Assembly (NCBI GenBank): GCA_001642005.1
Contig: LWCA01000064.1
Span: 1 to 63,251, forward strand
DNA from: Intoshia linei
Lineage: Eukaryota; Animalia; Orthonectida
DNA length: 63,251 nucleotides
Direction: 5' to 3'
This document shows, one piece after another, positions 59,001-63,251 of the stretch (position 1 is the first letter of the stretch; each line of letters begins with the position of its first letter). The notes beneath the pieces are model-generated. The model was not told the DNA's origin. It ran no database searches and saw nothing but the letters and a program-made list of their open reading frames with translations. The position numbers and the translations under genes were made by a program.

Positions 59001-61544
59001 CTAATGATTAGTGTGACAATCAATAAAAATATTTTGATCACTGAACTTAAAAATCTAAACTAACATTAATATTATACATTACATTAGTCCATAATAATAC
59101 TTTATGATGCTATGATTTAAAAAAAGTTTTTTCTAAAGCATTGGTTTTCGATTAGGCAGCCCTGAACTTCTTGGGTCCAAAACTATAAGCCTGGGGTTTA
59201 AAATTCAAATAAAATATAAAAAATTTTATTAACTTTTGTTTATTTTTATATGAGAATTTTTACTATTTATTACAGAGTTGCCAGATGTTGGTAATTTATC
59301 CCAAAGCCCAGACGACCGCTACATTATTATTTCAAAAATCCCACTTTTATCTTACCATTAATAAAATTCAATAAAAAATACCATTTTAAACCCTCAGGGA
59401 AAAATCTTTAATGTTATGTTATAAATGTTTTATATTTCGTGTTTCCTTTGGGATCAAAAAAAATATTATTTTGAAATGGGGTCCGAAGTACAGACTCCAC
59501 ACTAGTATGTTCAACTTAGTTTTTTTAGCAACTCAGTAATTTTTTTTTTAAATTTAAGTAAAAGTACTGTAAAAAAAGTTGATGAATTGTCAGTTTTCGA
59601 TCACAAAACGTAAAAAATTCAAACATAAAATTAATGTTTCCGATTTTAAATGGAAATAAAAAATATATTATATTATTTACAATAAATACATAACTGATAT
59701 TTAGAAGATGATAATTTTATAATCGCAATTTTATAAGAAACTAATATTATTAAAAGTAGATAATTGAATTTGTATTTAACAAAAAATTGGTTATAAATTA
59801 CTTTTTGTAGACTTGAAGTTTTTATTGTATTTTAAAATTCAGTTTCAATTATTTCTGGCGTAATCCTAGATCTACGAATAAACTTGAATAACCCCACCGC
59901 ATAAAATAATCTTTCAACTGTTGCGCTAGTTCCAGGGTAGATAATAGGGCTAGGTGATAATTTAATTATGTATTTAATGCAATTTTCCAATGCATTGATT
60001 AAAACACCAATCTGATTGGAAAAATTAACATTTTTTAAAAATAAGTTTATTCTTAAAAGTACTGAGTTTAAAAACTCAATAAAATAAAACTATTTACTTT
60101 TTACAAAAGTTGAGCACACTATTCCGTACATTATTTGAATCGGGAACCACTACTCTAAAGTGTTAGTAAAATTCGATTTTTTTAAAAGGTATTAGTAAAA
60201 GGGGATTTTTCTCAAAATTAATTGATAGAAAATTTTTATTTAAACAAAGTAATCGATGCATTTATCGAAACGTTTTAATCGATTTCCAAATATAACTGAT
60301 TTTTCGTATATTTTTAGGTAAATAAACATTTTACATTGTAGTTTGAAAAATATAATTTAGAGTCCAAAATTTTAGACCATGCGTTCTCAACTTATAATAT
60401 TAATTACACCTTTTTCTATTAATAATAATAACTGCAATTGTAACTGCGATTTATATCATTGTATTTAAATTTGGAACAGTATAACGAACTTTTAAATTAA
60501 ATTTCTATTTAGAATGCGAATTGGAAAAAATGGAGGCAAGTGGAGACATGTTTTGCAGATAATCAACACATCTGGAGAAAGTTACTGCACGATTGACGGT
60601 AAACATTATAAATTTTCTAACACCAGTTTTTTTTTCTTTCTAAATAATGGGTAAATTGTGGTTTTGGTCGTTAAGGCAACATCTTTTGAATCGTATATTT
60701 TCTGCGCCATAAAAAACAGTCAGAATTTTTGTTTTAAAAATTTCTGGGACTGTCAGTTATAGAAAATTTTTAATTTAAAAATAACATTCAAAAATGAATA
60801 GTAAAGTGCTTGTCATAAATTATGACCGTCAAGTCGTCATTTTGAGATTAAAATTTTATGTGTGTGTTAAATGGATATAACTGGATCAGCTGTAATTTTT
60901 TTTAAATGCTTAGACTTAATTTATTTTTTATTAAAAGTGTAATTTGGGTTGTTACCCTAAAGTACTCGATTTCTGAGGTTGATATTTAAGAGAATTTTAA
61001 TTATTTAAAACGGGTCCCAGAATGTATGTTTTATAAAAGTATAGGAGCTTTACATTTTTTATCAAAAGAGTAATTTGTGATTTTGATCGTGAAAATTCAC
61101 CTTTCTGCGGTTGAGATTTACGACAATACATATGACTTTATAAACAATAAAAGACTAGGATTGATTTTATTTAAGAGTAATTTGGATTTTTAGAAAAATT
61201 TAATTTTTTCACTGACTTTGTTGATCCAAGCATCCAAATTAATAAATTTTCCTTAAACAATTTCATTATAATGTACTATATATTTATTTAAAGGTACACC
61301 AAAAATAGAAGATGGACACATTGAAGATAAGAAAATTAAATTACCATATTTTTTCGAACCATATAAAATAAAAAAAAACGTTAAAAACAAAAAATATGAG
61401 AATCGATATTATCAACATGCTTCCAAAAATTTCAAATTTTGGTATAATGAACCCAAAAAAACAGGTAAACATTCATTATAAAATTTTAAATTATATTTAG
61501 AAGCCAAACCATTACTATATTACAAATACACCCAATTTTATTAG
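56043..61544 (+). CDS. Unknown ~175-aa basic, Tyr-rich protein, 7 exons
   Basis: Exons 56043-56063 (tentative), 56540-56577, 56846-56969, 57014-57051, 60513-60598, 61294-61464 and 61501-61544 splice with GT-AG in compatible phases and no stops. Product: ...RPKTSNRLHYADPTYQQDFRYGNYYSEPIESKPYNKKQIFISRMRIGKNGGKWRHVLQIINTSGESYCTIDGTPK...WYNEPKKTEAKPLLYYKYTQFY*. Confidence 0.75.
57359..58190 (+). mobile_element. Helitron-like repeat copy
   Basis: Starts A|TCCTTACTTATATA followed by a short GT repeat, with long similarity to 40140-40925 (minus). The 3' end is not defined. Confidence 0.65.
59139..60152 (+). mobile_element. Buster-type MITE interrupted by a second hAT derivative
   Basis: Termini CATTGGTTTTCGATT / AATCGGGAACCACTA and TSD TTCTAAAG / CTCTAAAG. 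Confidence 0.85.
59503..60121 (-). mobile_element. TAG-terminated hAT deletion derivative with a dimerisation-domain relic
   Basis: TIR TAGTATGTTCAACTT / AAGTTGAGCACACTA (13/15). Minus strand 59832-59945 reads IIYPGTSATVERLFYAVGLFKFIRRSRITPEIIETEF*, matching the hAT C-terminal P.TSA..ER.FS...RSR motif. Confidence 0.85.
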
Positions 61545-61855
61545 ACTTGAAAATTTCAATAAATGTTAACACCTTTTTCAGTGAAAGGTGATATCACCGA
61601 TATTTAAAAATAAAAATAATTATCAATAAATTGGTTATTTTTTTATATTTAAAAAAAATTCTGCGTTTGATAATCTAATGTATCATTTACGAAATGATGT
61701 TTAGTCGAAATCAGTCATCTAATGTCGAAAAGAAATTGTTTACTGTGTCCTATATCATCGTCCTTCAAGACTGCTAGCACTTTATCATAAAGAAATTAAC
61801 AAAATATAAATATTGAAAATTTTATTTATATTAAACTAAATGTATCATCTTCAAC

Positions 61856-62400
61856 TTAAAAAGCATATAGAATAAGAAAAGCCATCATAAGACAAAACAG
61901 ACCAATAGCCTCAGAAAGAGCAAAGCCGAGAATGGCATATGAAAACAATTGTTGTTTTAAAGATGGATTCCTAGCATATGCAATCGTCAAACTACCAAAA
62001 ACCGTACCAATGCCAGCACCTAACAAAGAATTAAAACAGTAATAATAATGGTACCTGATCCTCCTGCTCCAATTGTGGCTGCCCCAGCACCCATGTATTT
62101 AGCGGCTTGGTCAATATCTTTTCGTACCAAAGAAGTGTGAAAAGCACGTGAATTCTAATTTAGGTGTTAATTATTATGTCGAATAATGTATATTACTGTG
62201 AAATTAATTATCGGTGATTCACTTTCAAATTTTTTTCCAAATATATTACTTTGATTGTTAATTATGGCTGTAGGATTCTGTGTACTAAACGATTTCAGTC
62301 CAGTAATTTGACGAGTTAAAGCTCTCATGTTCTACATTTCGTTATATTTAATAAAAACCTAATTTACCACACATTTTGATAATACAGTGGCTGACAGCAT
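61856..62400 (-). CDS. ATP5MC: Mitochondrial ATP synthase Fo subunit c precursor, 4 exons
   Basis: The presequence ends [10 protein letters not shown]. The mature chain is [75 protein letters not shown]. Three mini-introns. Confidence 0.97.
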
Positions 62401-63251
62401 ATTTATATTAATTCTAAAATTAAAATATCAATTAATAATCTATTTAACTATAGAAAATGAAATAAAACCTTTGAATGTGGACGAAAAAATGTTGACAAAG
62501 TAATAAAGGTCGTCGCTATAAAAATTATATAATAAACTTTTAGCCACATCACCATGATTTATTTATTTATTCATTTTCAAGTTTCCAAGCCCTTATAAAT
62601 GTTGACGAAGTTGTTAATTGTTTTTCAGCCATATCTTCAAGAAATTGTTAATTCAAGAAATGTTAACGAGTCTCTATTGTTTGATTTTATACAATTATTT
62701 TGTTTTAAGCATGAAAATTATTTTTATAAATTGACTTTGCAATGGAGTAATTGTTAATGCAGGTGGTTCTTAGCTGCCTTATAGTGAACTGGAGTATTAG
62801 ATTTACACTTAAAATTGCGAATGTATAACAAAATTTATAATAATTTTATCAGATTTCACAAATTACATACCTCAACTGACTAAAATCGCATTAAAAAAAA
62901 TGACCATTATCAACAATATATCTTGATGCGTAAATTGACTTTTTATTTAAGGGTTAGTTAGATTTTGTAATGCAGTGGTTCTCAACTCATTTTTTATCAT
63001 TCCCTGTTAAGCTATTATATTTTTTTCACGCACCCTATTATGTACCAGAATTGCATTTACATACATGATATTTTTGACCAGATTTATTTTTTGTTAATTC
63101 TAAAATATGACGTTGAGTAGAAGAAAGAGCACAACGTAAATCATCTTCAACATTTAAGTTTTTTCATTTTTTATGTCTAAAAGAGTCGAAAACCACATTC
63201 ACATAAGTATTTGATACGAAAGGTAACAGAATTCTAATAGCTAATTTATTT

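Noticed and set aside
61690-61800. Coding-like or C/D-box-like stretch downstream of ATP synthase c on the minus strand
   Set aside because: Short, with no start or splice support and an imperfect C box. Treated as 3'UTR.

Overview
AT-rich metazoan genomic DNA using the standard code, with no prokaryotic, CRISPR, rRNA or tRNA content seen. Introns are bimodal: most are 28-60 nt, and a minority are 0.7-3.7 kb and filled with nested transposon relics. This layout resembles compacted animal genomes such as orthonectids (inference only). Genes reconstructed by hand across GT-AG junctions, in order: a divergent GNAT-like ORF, SNF5/SMARCB1, a ZEB/Zfh1/zag-1 factor that appears to lack its homeodomain, SEC62, ANKRD49, NOP58, a small orphan gene, a complete ~30 kb outer-arm beta-type axonemal dynein heavy chain (minus strand), a 7-exon gene of unknown family mostly missed by the ORF track, and ATP synthase subunit c. 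Large introns and spacers hold Buster-type and Ac-type hAT derivatives (two with transposase remnants), a TA-targeting Tc1/pogo-type MITE and many Helitron-like copies. I found no clearly new multi-gene system. The best leads are the two unknown genes, the altered ZEB, GPCR-like relics nested antisense in large introns, and extremely tight gene spacing. Coordinates were counted manually and may be off by a few nt.
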